In this document: positions 1 through 9,718 of the stretch, piece by piece
Position numbering within the stretch: the first letter of the stretch is position 1
Layout of the letters: each line of letters starts with the position of its first letter
Virus record (IMG/VR): IMGVR_UViG_3300006735_000013
Coordinates: 64,001-128,000 of that record
Length of the DNA: 64,000 nt
DNA from: a virus
Reading direction: 5' to 3' (one strand)
Notes under the pieces: model-generated
What the model saw: only the letters and a program-made list of their open reading frames with translations
Told to the model about the DNA's origin: nothing
The model's database searches: none
Program-made: the position numbers and the translations under genes

Positions 1-1059
1 GTCAGGTATAAATTTGTCTATTCTTTTGTGTGCTATCTCATGAGTCCTTGTGATGGATTTCATGACGAGGTCATCGTCATATTCTACACCAGCTAATTTA
101 GAATACTTCTTATACGACTCCCACATCTGAGATCCATTCTTTGGGTATAGCTCGTACCCTATTTCCTCTACCGAAGTTGGCAACTCTTCACTCAGATAAT
201 CTGGGCGGCCTTTGCCTAGCCATCCTAGTCTTTTGTATAGTTCTCTGTCCTTCCAGACATCCGCATTGTAATAGTGACTATCTGCTGTTGAAATCAACTC
301 AATGCCAAATTCATGGTGCATCTGTATAATATACTGGTTTAGATCATGCTGCTCAGGCACATTGTTCCACTGTAATTCGCCATACCACCTATCTCCGAAA
401 ACGGATTGCATTTTTTGCGTTGTAGTGCGCATTGCATCAAGAATTGCATCGGGGCCATCGTCTCTGTTTTCCCAGTAGTTGCCTGCATAGACGCCGCCCA
501 AACATGCTGAGGCTGCGATTACACCCTTGTTGTGCCTCTTTAGGAGAGCATAATCAACGCGTGGGTACCTATAGAAGTTATCACCAATGTAACTTGTAGA
601 TATCATCTTGAAGATATTTTGGAGACCTTCTTGGTTTTGCGCCAAAAGTATCAGATGTCTTCTGCGGTTCAGGGCAGATTTCATCTTCTTTTTCGACTCT
701 TCATTCTCTACGGTGGTACCGGAGTTTACAGCTTCGTACTCGGACTTCTTCTTGGCGGCAGCACGGACACTTTCATACTCTTCTTTCCAGTTCGCAACAG
801 AGGGGATAAAATAGGCCTCGATGCCAAAAATTGGTTTGAAATCTTTTCCTTGAGACTTCATTTTATTTGCATGAAGGACCTGCCACGCTAGACCATTCAT
901 GTTGCCATGATCTGTCAGTGCGAGTGCGTCCATACCATTGTTATAGGCGAAGTCCATGTGTTCAGGTGGGTACCCTAGTGCGTCGAAGGGCGACCCAGCA
1001 ACAGAATGGGCGTGAAGGCCCACAAAGGGAATATCTGTTTTAATTTTTGACTCTTGCAA
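1..1059 (-). CDS. dnaE: DNA polymerase III alpha subunit (family C), N-terminal PHP region; runs off the left edge
   Basis: Not in the ORF track. Manual translation from TTG at 1059 (GGAGG at 1066-1070) gives MQESKIKTDIPFVGLHAHSVAGSPFDALG...ALALTDHGNMNG, the PHP HxHS and TDHG motifs; the same frame is open at position 1. Confidence 0.93.
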   Translation of the reverse strand, partial: MQESKIKTDIPFVGLHAHSVAGSPFDALGYPPEHMDFAYNNGMDALALTDHGNMNGLAWQVLHANKMKSQGKDFKPIFGIEAYFIPSVANWKEEYESVRAAAKKKSEYEAVNSGTTVENEESKKKMKSALNRRRHLILLAQNQEGLQNIFKMISTSYIGDNFYRYPRVDYALLKRHNKGVIAASACLGGVYAGNYWENRDDGPDAILDAMRTTTQKMQSVFGDRWYGELQWNNVPEQHDLNQYIIQMHHEFGIELISTADSHYYNADVWKDRELYKRLGWLGKGRPDYLSEELPTSVEEIGYELYPKNGSQMWESYKKYSKLAGVEYDDDLVMKSITRTHEIAHKRIDKFIPD

Positions 1060-1258
1060 TTACTGCCTCCAAATCATCTTTTATAATTTCCAAGTCCTCT
1101 AGCAGGGCTTGCTTCTGTTTAGTATTATGCACCACTTCCTCAAAAAAGTCACGAAAAAAACACTGCTGATCTGTAGAAAGATTATAAAAATTATATGGCA
1201 TCTTTGCAGCCTCCTTTCTGTGATATGGTACATTATCGTATACGGTTTCTAGTTTCAT
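1040..1258 (-). CDS. hypothetical protein (72 aa)
   Basis: ORF overlaps both neighbours (ATGA coupling at 1255-1258) and contains the dnaE RBS. Confidence 0.6.
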   Translation of the reverse strand: MKLETVYDNVPYHRKEAAKMPYNFYNLSTDQQCFFRDFFEEVVHNTKQKQALLEDLEIIKDDLEAVIARVKN

Positions 1259-2106
1259 TCAATTTGTTCCTTTCTTATGAAAAATGGCTTTGACATTCCA
1301 CTGGGAATTTTTCTTATGTCTAAGTCAGATGTAAAATACTTCTGATACTCTTCCCAGGTAGCCGTAGTGTAGTATTTATCAAATTCTATCTTTTCACTTA
1401 CTTCTATATTATCATGAAAAAATATTTTGTCAAGTGTAAAATTTCTTGCAGACCATCTTTCCGCCAAGGGCAATCTCTTGTCGCCTCCTGTATTCGATTC
1501 GTTTATCTGCCTTCTAAATAAGAGCCACTCATCTGGGGAAAAAGAAAAAGGCAGGTAGGCGCCGTCCCTCACAGTCTTTCCCTGAAAGCTTCCGTACACA
1601 CTTTTTCCTGCTCTTATCTTGGCTCGAGCCTCTCTTATCTTTCTCGGGTCGACGATTCCGTATGGAAACGAAACAAAATAGTTTTTTGGTGTCGACCATT
1701 TGGATACCTTTCTAGATACTATAAAAGACGTCAGAGCCCCATGAAGAATCGACCAACCAAGCGAATCTCTTCTACTCCTGTCTTTTTGCAAAACCGGTGA
1801 GTAAAATATTGGTATATATTTTTTTGAAAGATCTGGTATTTTTTTATATTTCCAGCTCTCATAGATTACTGGATCTAAGACGTAGTCTCCTATTGTCTTT
1901 TTGATAATTGGTGCGGTGTCATCGTTACATATAATCCAGATAGATGAGCAGCCAACATAGGAGCATTCCAAAATAGACCTCTGTAGGCAGTTTACTCCCT
2001 CTCCAAGTGGGAGCAAGCAATCTGCCACGATCCCTCCGAGGTTATTCTCGTAACCATGAAGCGGTATGATGCCGACCGTATTTATGCCCTTTTTTGAATT
2101 TTCCAT
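1255..2106 (-). CDS. degenerate nucleotidyltransferase (NTP_transferase/GT-A)-like protein
   Basis: N-terminus VGIIPLHG...DCLLPLGEG...LQRSILEC..VGCSSIWIICN follows the sugar-phosphate nucleotidyltransferase pattern but lacks GxGTR and the PK lysine. Confidence 0.6.
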   Translation of the reverse strand: MENSKKGINTVGIIPLHGYENNLGGIVADCLLPLGEGVNCLQRSILECSYVGCSSIWIICNDDTAPIIKKTIGDYVLDPVIYESWKYKKIPDLSKKYIPIFYSPVLQKDRSRRDSLGWSILHGALTSFIVSRKVSKWSTPKNYFVSFPYGIVDPRKIREARAKIRAGKSVYGSFQGKTVRDGAYLPFSFSPDEWLLFRRQINESNTGGDKRLPLAERWSARNFTLDKIFFHDNIEVSEKIEFDKYYTTATWEEYQKYFTSDLDIRKIPSGMSKPFFIRKEQIE

Positions 2107-2875
2107 CTATTATCTTCTTTAGCGGTATTTTAGATATTATAACATTCTTATTGGAATGATACAAGTTGTTATCTTCTCTAAAGACAAATCTATTTATGTG
2201 TTTTATTTCCAGCTTTTTATAGATTCTCTGCCCGTTTTTGTACTTGCCTTTTTCATACCTGCCCTTGTATCCGTTATTAGCTAAGACGCTCGCAAGTTTG
2301 AATTTGGCCATTGTATCAGAAAAATCAAACTGATATATTTGTTCTTTAGTTAGTTTAGATATCGATACGATATCTGTAGGGTGTTTGCTGCCCTCTACTC
2401 TTCCCGAATTGTAGAAGTATGCCTTCCTGATGAAGTCGTCCTCTGTGCTAAAGATCGTGTCTTGGACATGGCGCGGGCTGATTCGAGACAAAGTAAAATC
2501 ATCGAGCACCATATAGGTCTCTAGCTTTTGTTTTCTTATTTTGTTCTCGTGGGCTACTTTATGGGTGTCGAATACTACACACTGATCAAAAGTGTACTGA
2601 TCTAGCAAACTTGAATCAAAAAATTTTATGCTGTTGTCCTTAATCCTTATTGATTCAAGATCCTTGTAATCTAGGTTCTTGGCCAAGAGGCCGTTATAGT
2701 ATTTAAATCTAAGCCACAGCTCTTTTTTACTGCTTGTCCCAAACATTCGAAAATCCTCATATTCCTCAAAAAAAAACGGTCTGAGGTTGCAAGTCTGGGT
2801 GTGATAACAGTCGTTTGTGAATGCATAGAAGACCGATTCAAAACAGTTTCCGATAACTATCCTGTCTAGATGCAT
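2042..2875 (-). CDS. hypothetical protein, possible degenerate Rossmann/FAD-binding N-terminus
   Basis: 277-aa ORF; DRIVIGNCFESVFYAF resembles DxIVIGxGxxG with the glycines lost. Confidence 0.5.
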   Translation of the reverse strand: MHLDRIVIGNCFESVFYAFTNDCYHTQTCNLRPFFFEEYEDFRMFGTSSKKELWLRFKYYNGLLAKNLDYKDLESIRIKDNSIKFFDSSLLDQYTFDQCVVFDTHKVAHENKIRKQKLETYMVLDDFTLSRISPRHVQDTIFSTEDDFIRKAYFYNSGRVEGSKHPTDIVSISKLTKEQIYQFDFSDTMAKFKLASVLANNGYKGRYEKGKYKNGQRIYKKLEIKHINRFVFREDNNLYHSNKNVIISKIPLKKIIDGKFKKGHKYGRHHTASWLRE

Positions 2876-5058
2876 ATGTCCAGGCTATAAGAATACTCGT
2901 AACTAACTTTGACAAAATCGCCTGGCAGGGACATGAATGCGCCGGCTTGCTGTTCGCGCGGCAGACAAATCTCATCAATAATAGACATGAGATTGTCATA
3001 CATCTCATTTGCGCGCGGGGACAAATTGAAATTTTGGCCGCCGGAGGCGATAGCTAACTCATCCCAGCCATAGAAGGCTAATGCAAATGTGTACATCTTT
3101 GTGTTTGGGGCGGCCTGAAGGGCGGCGCCAAGATCATTTCTGTGGAACTCTGGATTCATGTATGATTGTTCATCTTCGTCTGTAAAAACGATAATAATCC
3201 TATCAGTATTTTGCCTCCAGTTTATAATAAAGGCGTCCTTCTCTGGTACTGAGGCTACGCCTCTCACCCAATCACGGTTGGCGAGGTCCACCTGAAGTGG
3301 GGCCAAGTTTCGCAAAGCAAGCATCACCGCGTCAATGTGCATCTCCAATCCACCGTCAAATGCGCCTGGGTCGAGAGCAACAAAGTCTGCGAAAAATTGC
3401 TGAAACGGTGAGATGTTTGACACCAAAGACAGCACTTCTAACTGGGAGGCTTCATTTTCAGGATTGGGTAGTCGAGTTGGCCCGATGATGACACCCCAAT
3501 GGATTGCATCTTCAGCTGCAAAATGCTGGCCGAACCGGGACAGTGCTTGAGTAACTGCCCGGATTTCACCGGTCATCGACCCGCTTGTGTCCAGAACTAA
3601 AAGAATATCAGTGTCTCTGGCTTCCTCGCCATAATCAATCTCTCCGTCGCAATCATCGTCTGCTCCATTACAAACCTCGTCTGTTGGTACCACCTCGCCT
3701 TCGCACACATCTTGAGTCCACCGGTCAGCATTGTCGGCTCCGCCCCAGCGGCCTTCTCGGCAACTTTGCTCTCCTGGTGTGCAGATACCTATATTTAGGG
3801 TGTCTCTTGGTCCAGTGTAGCAGGCCCTGGTGAGATCTTCGTCGATAGCGTCATCGCAGTCTTCATCAAAATTATTGCAAACTTCCACATCCAGTGGTCG
3901 GCCTAGGCCTGGGTGGCACTCGTCTCCTTCATCCAGTGGTAAGAATGCACACAGGGCCATACAGGGGCTCATGAATATAACATTACAGTCAATATCCTGG
4001 CACATGCAGGATTTAAAACCCTGGCCGCACAGCAATGGCTCCTCAGTGCAAGGAAAGAGGGCTCCGACTTGGTCGAGGGTGCACACACAGTTTATTCCCT
4101 CATCTGGAATACCATCGCAGTCGTTGTCCAGGCCGTCGCACTCCTCATCAGATGGGGCGCGGGCTGTACAGGATGCCCATTGGCCACCCAAACAAGTCTC
4201 CAGGCCGCGTTCGCAGGGTGTCTCACACTCTCTAATCAAACCTTCGTCAACTAATTCATCGCAATCGTTGTCAATGCCATCGCAATCTTCCGAAGGGACT
4301 TCTCCGCACTCATCACACGCATTTCTTTGTCCTTCATCAACCTCACCGTCGCAGTCATCATCAACAAAATTGCAAACGTCTTCGGATGGTTCGCGGTTGA
4401 CGCAGTCCACCAATTCTCCGTCGCGACAGATTCCAACTCCTGGTCCACATTCATCAACACAAGCTATGGGATCCTCATCAATCCTGTTATCACAATCGTC
4501 GTCTATGCCGTTGCATGTTTCAGGTTCGCAAAGCGCGCAGGGCCCATGAATAATTTGCCCTTTGTCGCAAAGCACTCTCTGGCGGCCTGTTCGGCCATCG
4601 TCCAACTGGCACTCGAACCAGCGCAAAAAATCCCGCGAGGATCCGGGTGGGCATTCATGCGCAACCTCACAAGGACTCTGGTGTATAATTTGAGGAGGAG
4701 GGCACTCTGGGTCTTCACCAAACTCACAATCATCGCCATTCTCATTGCAGGTCTCTATTGTAACTCTCATTGACTGAATAGTATTGTCTGGTCGTGGCGG
4801 ACAGAACCATTCCTGCACCTGACAGCATTGTGGATAGCACATGCAAAACTCTTCATGATCCTCAACTGTTACTTGGTTACAGCGATTTATAGCTGGTTCG
4901 GCGTCTCGGATGTCCGGCTGGGCATCAATGATCTTATAGTCAGGGGGAGCCTGGTCTTGTTCTATTTGTATGCCCAAAGCATCCAGTGCAGGCTGAGTGG
5001 GTACTTCATCTGAACAAGAAAAAATCATGACTGTGCATAGCGCTAGTAGCTTTTTCAA
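2866..5058 (-). CDS. lipoprotein with six Cys/Asp (MopE-like/myxobacterial) repeats and a C-terminal vWA domain (~730 aa)
   Basis: Start re-called at TTG 5058 (GGAG upstream, TTGA overlap with the thyX stop). Signal MKKLLALCTVMIFS-C; six CxxxDxDCDxxxD units; MIDAS motif ILLVLDTSGSM and IIIVFTDED. Confidence 0.85.
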   Translation of the reverse strand: MKKLLALCTVMIFSCSDEVPTQPALDALGIQIEQDQAPPDYKIIDAQPDIRDAEPAINRCNQVTVEDHEEFCMCYPQCCQVQEWFCPPRPDNTIQSMRVTIETCNENGDDCEFGEDPECPPPQIIHQSPCEVAHECPPGSSRDFLRWFECQLDDGRTGRQRVLCDKGQIIHGPCALCEPETCNGIDDDCDNRIDEDPIACVDECGPGVGICRDGELVDCVNREPSEDVCNFVDDDCDGEVDEGQRNACDECGEVPSEDCDGIDNDCDELVDEGLIRECETPCERGLETCLGGQWASCTARAPSDEECDGLDNDCDGIPDEGINCVCTLDQVGALFPCTEEPLLCGQGFKSCMCQDIDCNVIFMSPCMALCAFLPLDEGDECHPGLGRPLDVEVCNNFDEDCDDAIDEDLTRACYTGPRDTLNIGICTPGEQSCREGRWGGADNADRWTQDVCEGEVVPTDEVCNGADDDCDGEIDYGEEARDTDILLVLDTSGSMTGEIRAVTQALSRFGQHFAAEDAIHWGVIIGPTRLPNPENEASQLEVLSLVSNISPFQQFFADFVALDPGAFDGGLEMHIDAVMLALRNLAPLQVDLANRDWVRGVASVPEKDAFIINWRQNTDRIIIVFTDEDEQSYMNPEFHRNDLGAALQAAPNTKMYTFALAFYGWDELAIASGGQNFNLSPRANEMYDNLMSIIDEICLPREQQAGAFMSLPGDFVKVSYEYSYSLDICI
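3631..4521 (-). repeat. six coding repeats of CxxxDxDCDxxxD(E/Y)
   Basis: CNGIDDDCDNRIDE, CNFVDDDCDGEVDE, CDGIDNDCDELVDE, CDGLDNDCDGIPDE, CNNFDEDCDDAIDE, CNGADDDCDGEIDY. Confidence 0.9.
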
Positions 5059-5780
5059 CTTATTTCTCCAATTTCGATGTTGTGTTTTTGAATATATGAT
5101 CTCGTCGCTTCCGGAAAATACTGAAAGGCAACAGACAAACAGGCCTTTGCGACTTCCTGTATCTCCCATTGGGCTCCTTCGTGGAGACGTAAGTTGACGA
5201 ACTTTAGGAGATTGTGCAGATTTGTTGTCCCATAATACTCCGTATACAGATTCTGAGGGAGCACCCCTCTTGCCTGTTCCCTGCACACGCCTGAGTCTAC
5301 CAAAGTATTATAAAGAGCCAGACTCTTCTGATTGTGCGCTTTTACTGCATCTGAGGCATAATATGGAGTGATCGGGACAAGCGAGTGATATTCACCATTT
5401 AGATCGGGATTAACCATCTCGGAGGTGCTAGCCTGTCTGTTTGATCTATGCTGAGATCTAAACCCAGAGGGTTCATAGAATTTCATATCGACAGAAGTAT
5501 ATCTGCGACTAATTTCGTTATACGACCAAGTACGATGACGATGATGCTGACTCCTAATAAACAGAGGAACAGTAAAGCGCAATGTGATGGCACAATGCTC
5601 AAATGGGCTAGTGTGGTTGTGCTGCATGAGGTAGTTAATAAGTTTCTTATCTTTTTCATCTACTTCCTTTTTCTCGACCCCAAAGCTTACACGGGCGGCG
5701 TTGACGATACTTAAATCGTTTCCCATGTGCGAGATGTATTCTACCGAACCTACACCGTCGTCGAAGAGGTCATACTTCAT
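5055..5780 (-). CDS. thyX: flavin-dependent thymidylate synthase
   Basis: IVNAARVSF, HTSPFEH, RHRTWSYNEISRRY (RHRx7SxR), EQARGVLP, HEGAQWEI. Confidence 0.97.
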   Translation of the reverse strand: MKYDLFDDGVGSVEYISHMGNDLSIVNAARVSFGVEKKEVDEKDKKLINYLMQHNHTSPFEHCAITLRFTVPLFIRSQHHRHRTWSYNEISRRYTSVDMKFYEPSGFRSQHRSNRQASTSEMVNPDLNGEYHSLVPITPYYASDAVKAHNQKSLALYNTLVDSGVCREQARGVLPQNLYTEYYGTTNLHNLLKFVNLRLHEGAQWEIQEVAKACLSVAFQYFPEATRSYIQKHNIEIGEIS

Positions 5781-6096
5781 TTATCCCTCGCAAAATACCT
5801 ACAACATAATTCTCAAGCACAGTATAGTATGACTTGTTCTTTACGGTGATCTCCTCTACCATGGAGCGCTCAATGACGATTGTCCTACTCTTGGCTCCGG
5901 AGCCTCTAAGTTCTCTCAAGGTAGGGGAACAGTCTGATGCAATGTCCAAAACAGTTGCGGTAATATACCGGTCCTCATCTGGCTTGTAGTCATCTGGCAG
6001 GAGAACTCCGGTTGTAGATTCAGACGATGAGGGGTGAGGAACAATTGTTATGTGACGATTTACTGGTTTCAATACTGGGGCCATATGCTTAGACAT
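5770..6096 (-). CDS. groES: GroES-like co-chaperonin (analogue of T4 gp31)
   Basis: LKPVNRHITIV...TTGVLLPD...ATVLDI...YYTVLENYVVGIL matches the Cpn10 layout. Confidence 0.75.
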   Translation of the reverse strand: MSKHMAPVLKPVNRHITIVPHPSSSESTTGVLLPDDYKPDEDRYITATVLDIASDCSPTLRELRGSGAKSRTIVIERSMVEEITVKNKSYYTVLENYVVGILRGINEV

Positions 6097-6361
6097 AACT
6101 AATAGACCTCACTGTTCTTTTCAGTTTATTGAAATATTCGGTAAGTTGTTCCATGTCTGTGTCAGACTTCACCAGCCTATATGCTTTTACGGCTAGACGC
6201 ATCTCTTCTTTTGAGAGGCGCCCGCTTTCATTATAAGACTCTCGGAGATCTCTACGTTGCTCCTTGAAGGGTTCCATGGCGTCCTCAATTGCTGCGAATT
6301 CTTTTACAAAATTCGAAAGGTGCTCTTCTGTCGTTAGTAGTTTGTCATCATTAGAACTCAT
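6089..6361 (-). CDS. small dsDNA-binding protein, T4 DsbA/GapR(DUF2312)-like
   Basis: 90 aa, helical; LSNFVKEFAAIE...KEQRRDLRESY...KEEMRLAVKAY resembles this family. Confidence 0.5.
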   Translation of the reverse strand: MSSNDDKLLTTEEHLSNFVKEFAAIEDAMEPFKEQRRDLRESYNESGRLSKEEMRLAVKAYRLVKSDTDMEQLTEYFNKLKRTVRSISYV

Positions 6362-6394
6362 ATTTTCTCCTTCTTATGTCAAGTTCGTGCTATA

Positions 6395-6423
6395 ACAATA
6401 GCTTATTTTATCACATTTGTCAA
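6395..6423 (-). promoter_or_regulatory. sigma70-type promoter
   Basis: TTGACA-17 nt-TATTGT upstream of the 6361 start. Confidence 0.65.
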
Positions 6424-6429
6424 TCATTT

Positions 6430-8292
6430 TTAGACAAATTTTATTTCGCAGGCGCCTCCGGCACAGGCGGCTTCGCTTTTGAGGTCTGTGTTATCCTCTT
6501 CTTCGTTGATTTGTGTGAGGTCAATACTTGTTAGGGACCCCATCAAGACCTCATATGTCTCCTTTGAACAATCTTCAAAGGGGGCCTGTTTGTAGGTATG
6601 GTCAGAAAACGGTAAAACCGACAAGCCGTTATAGCTACTGCGGTTTTCCCACATCCACTCACCAACATCCACCCACTCAGCATCTTTGATTGAAATAGTG
6701 GCAGAGATGTTGTGGGTGTTCTGGCCTTTTCGGAAGCCTGGACGTACCCACTCATCGGTCACATTCTTTACTCTTTTCAAAAGTTGCAGGGCGGATTCTA
6801 CTCTTAGGATAGACCCTTCTGGTGCCTTCTGTGGAATGGAAATGACAGCGGTGGTGTGAGGGCTAAAGTACTCATCTTCAACTAGTTCTGGGTGATTTTG
6901 TGCTAGATAGGAATAGATCGGCTCGTTCTTGCCCACGCGTAGGCGGCGGATATAGAAATCATTATGCCAGGCGTGTATACCTGAACTAGTGCCAAGAGTC
7001 AGTGATGTAGTGCCTGCAGGCTTTACACATGTTGTCCTGGCTGCAGGCTTAACATCAATCATTTCTGCTACTCTGGCGTTCTCTTCTTTTACGCAATTCG
7101 CAGCCTCTTTCATATCCAGCTTCAATACAGCACCGGAAGCGATACCAGTCATAGACACGCCGATGAGAGCATCTCTTTCGGTAGTCCTACGCCAGACATC
7201 ACGTAGGTAGTGAAAGTCCGTGTAACTGGCCTGTAACGTGCCAATGAAGGATGCTGCTCGCACCCTATCGTTTAGGTCCTCTTGTGTTTCTACATTTGAT
7301 ACATTTACTTCTGTCAGATTGCAAAACTGATATGGTCTGAGTCCTATTTCGCAACATGGATTGGTTCCCCAATCCTTATCGTTAGAGAAATAAAAGCCAG
7401 GCTCTCCTGCGCCTGAAGCCTTTACTCTATCCCAAAGATTCATGAAATATTCTTTGTCAATCTTATGTCGCAATAAGACCACAGAGTTGTTTGCGCGGCC
7501 GCGCTGAGGATTAGTTTCCCACCAGTTGCCGGTCTTGGCAGCAATCATATCCTCATCATCTGCTGAGAATAGAGAGATGAGAGCAGCCCTACGGATACCG
7601 CCTGCCAGCACAGCGTCAGCTATATGACAGATCATATCGTGTACTTCGATTGGCGTTAGTTTATCTCCATTTTCCTTCTGCGAGAGCATTCCCTCTAGTT
7701 TGACCAGGCACTCGCGAAGCGGTTGTGGTCCTGGGGCTTTACCTCCGGAAGTAATGAGAGCGGCGCCTTTCGGGCGTATATCTGAGTAATCAAAGCGCAG
7801 GCGTGAGCCTCCACTGAAGTATGAGCGGGCCAGTGCCTTGACCGCATCGGCCCACCCTTCTATGGAATCGTTGACTAGGAATCTACGTGTCCTCTTAGGG
7901 TTTGGCTTAGTGATCTCGGGCAACTTTTCTACGTGGTGTTTCTGTACTGAATAACCGACTCCGGTTCCGCCAAGAAGTAAAAACATAGATTCACCGAAGC
8001 ACCTCCAATCATCTGCCGGCATAAACGCACAATTGAAAATGCGATTCGGCGCGACCTCAATTGGCTTGCCACCAAACTGCATAGATCTCATAGATGGAAG
8101 AACCTTCTTATCATATACCAGCTTGTATGCTTTTCTTATCTGCAGCTCAAGTTCAGGAAATTTTTTAAGGTGCATGGCCATGTTTCGTGTGACTAGTTCG
8201 TCCCATGTCTCTCTACGTTGCTTATCTTCTAAGTAACGTGCATACTTCATGTGTACTGTTATTTCTGATAAGATTTGATTTGATAATTCCAT
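6430..8292 (-). CDS. nrdJ: class II (adenosylcobalamin-dependent) ribonucleotide reductase
   Basis: PSMR, FNCAF, GTGVG, IRRAALI, TNPCCEI, FCNLTE, TCVKPAGT and C-terminal ACAGGACE; no nrdB nearby. Start re-called at MELSNQ (8292). Confidence 0.92.
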   Translation of the reverse strand: MELSNQILSEITVHMKYARYLEDKQRRETWDELVTRNMAMHLKKFPELELQIRKAYKLVYDKKVLPSMRSMQFGGKPIEVAPNRIFNCAFMPADDWRCFGESMFLLLGGTGVGYSVQKHHVEKLPEITKPNPKRTRRFLVNDSIEGWADAVKALARSYFSGGSRLRFDYSDIRPKGAALITSGGKAPGPQPLRECLVKLEGMLSQKENGDKLTPIEVHDMICHIADAVLAGGIRRAALISLFSADDEDMIAAKTGNWWETNPQRGRANNSVVLLRHKIDKEYFMNLWDRVKASGAGEPGFYFSNDKDWGTNPCCEIGLRPYQFCNLTEVNVSNVETQEDLNDRVRAASFIGTLQASYTDFHYLRDVWRRTTERDALIGVSMTGIASGAVLKLDMKEAANCVKEENARVAEMIDVKPAARTTCVKPAGTTSLTLGTSSGIHAWHNDFYIRRLRVGKNEPIYSYLAQNHPELVEDEYFSPHTTAVISIPQKAPEGSILRVESALQLLKRVKNVTDEWVRPGFRKGQNTHNISATISIKDAEWVDVGEWMWENRSSYNGLSVLPFSDHTYKQAPFEDCSKETYEVLMGSLTSIDLTQINEEEDNTDLKSEAACAGGACEIKFV

Positions 8293-8293
8293 T

Positions 8294-9673
8294 CTAGTTT
8301 TCTCCTTTTTGCTCCTTCTTGAAGCTGGCATACTTCTGTTTCAAATTCTCTAGTCTTGCTGCGGAGGACTTCTCAATAATCTCACCGACTGATTCGTTCG
8401 ACTTTGGCAGTACTTTTATCTTTACGTTACTAGTATCCATGAAAATTGGATACACTAATCCATCGGGCCCGTTTCTGTTTTTCGCAACAAAAATACGACC
8501 TTGGTTGTTGTTTTTGTCCTCGATGGTCCGAGAAACAGTAAAAATAAAATCTGCGACAAAGCACTTATTGAATGCTTCGGATATAGACTCCATAGTAATC
8601 ACCTCAGCATTCAGGCCTGACCTGTTTGTCTGAGATGCTGTCCATACCGGGCACTCGGCTTGCTGGGCCAATCCTCGCAGCTCTTCGTAAATAGTCTCTA
8701 GCTGGTGTCTTTTCTCATCTCTCTTCGAAGATTCCGGTTTTATCAAGTCTCCATAATCAACAATGATCACATCTGGAACAAAATCGCGACGGCGCAATTT
8801 GTCAATATGGTTCTTGATTGTTTGGATGCTTGCTGAGCGCGTTGGATACTCCTTGACAATGAGCCTACCTGTCATATCCTTTATTTCATCATAAATCTTC
8901 TCTTTGAAGACTGCAAGGTTCTTTAGTTCAACACCTGTTATTGCGGAATCATATCGGCCGGCCACAATCGTATCTGCTAATTCCAAAGTGTAGTGGAGGA
9001 CGTTTAGACCCTCTTTTAGAGCTTGGGCGCCAAGGTGGACAAGTACCATAGATTTACCTGCACCAGTTGGGGCTACGACGACGCCCAGTTCCCCCTTACC
9101 TAGACCCCCTTTGGCAATTTCATCTATTTGTTGCCAGCCAGTAGTAACCGGGTTTCTTGACTTCTTTAGGAATCTTTTCTCAAAATCTGCGAGGTACTCA
9201 TATCCAAATGAGTTGTCCGAACCCAATTTGAGTGCTCCATCGATAACTTTTGATACTTCATCAAAAGAAGAAGACTTGATAAGATCAACAGACTTAATAA
9301 GCGCTTCCTTAAGCTTCTGCTTTTTGCAGAAGTCAAGTGCCGTGTCTTTGATATATTCTGCAGACTGAGGAATCTCCCCCTTAGCCAAGACACGGGCGTA
9401 ATATTCTCGTATTCTGACTTTGACTGATTCTGGCTCGCCATCCAAACCTGTTCGTATGATGGAATGCATAATATTAGATGTGGGGTGGACTCCATATTTT
9501 TTTCTGTATTCCTTTATTTTACTGATAAATACCCTAAGATGCTTAAGTTCTAGGAAGCTCAAGTCTAGTACCTCAAACATCTGGTCGGCAAATGGCCTAT
9601 CGTTCAAGACCAAGTGGCACATGTCTTCTTGAAAAGACTTTCCAAATTTTGAAAAACTTACTTGCTGATCCAT
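8294..9673 (-). CDS. dnaB: replicative DnaB-family helicase (gp41-like)
   Basis: Walker A APTGAGKS, IIVDYGD, SQTNR, KNRNGP. Confidence 0.93.
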   Translation of the reverse strand: MDQQVSFSKFGKSFQEDMCHLVLNDRPFADQMFEVLDLSFLELKHLRVFISKIKEYRKKYGVHPTSNIMHSIIRTGLDGEPESVKVRIREYYARVLAKGEIPQSAEYIKDTALDFCKKQKLKEALIKSVDLIKSSSFDEVSKVIDGALKLGSDNSFGYEYLADFEKRFLKKSRNPVTTGWQQIDEIAKGGLGKGELGVVVAPTGAGKSMVLVHLGAQALKEGLNVLHYTLELADTIVAGRYDSAITGVELKNLAVFKEKIYDEIKDMTGRLIVKEYPTRSASIQTIKNHIDKLRRRDFVPDVIIVDYGDLIKPESSKRDEKRHQLETIYEELRGLAQQAECPVWTASQTNRSGLNAEVITMESISEAFNKCFVADFIFTVSRTIEDKNNNQGRIFVAKNRNGPDGLVYPIFMDTSNVKIKVLPKSNESVGEIIEKSSAARLENLKQKYASFKKEQKGEN

Positions 9674-9718
9674 GTTATCTCTTTATTGTGTTATTTATGT
9701 AGTACAGTATATCAGGTT

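Noticed and set aside
5059-5286. 76-aa N-terminal extension of the 806-aa ORF
   Set aside because: It overlaps thyX out of frame; the TTG at 5058 has an RBS and begins a signal peptide
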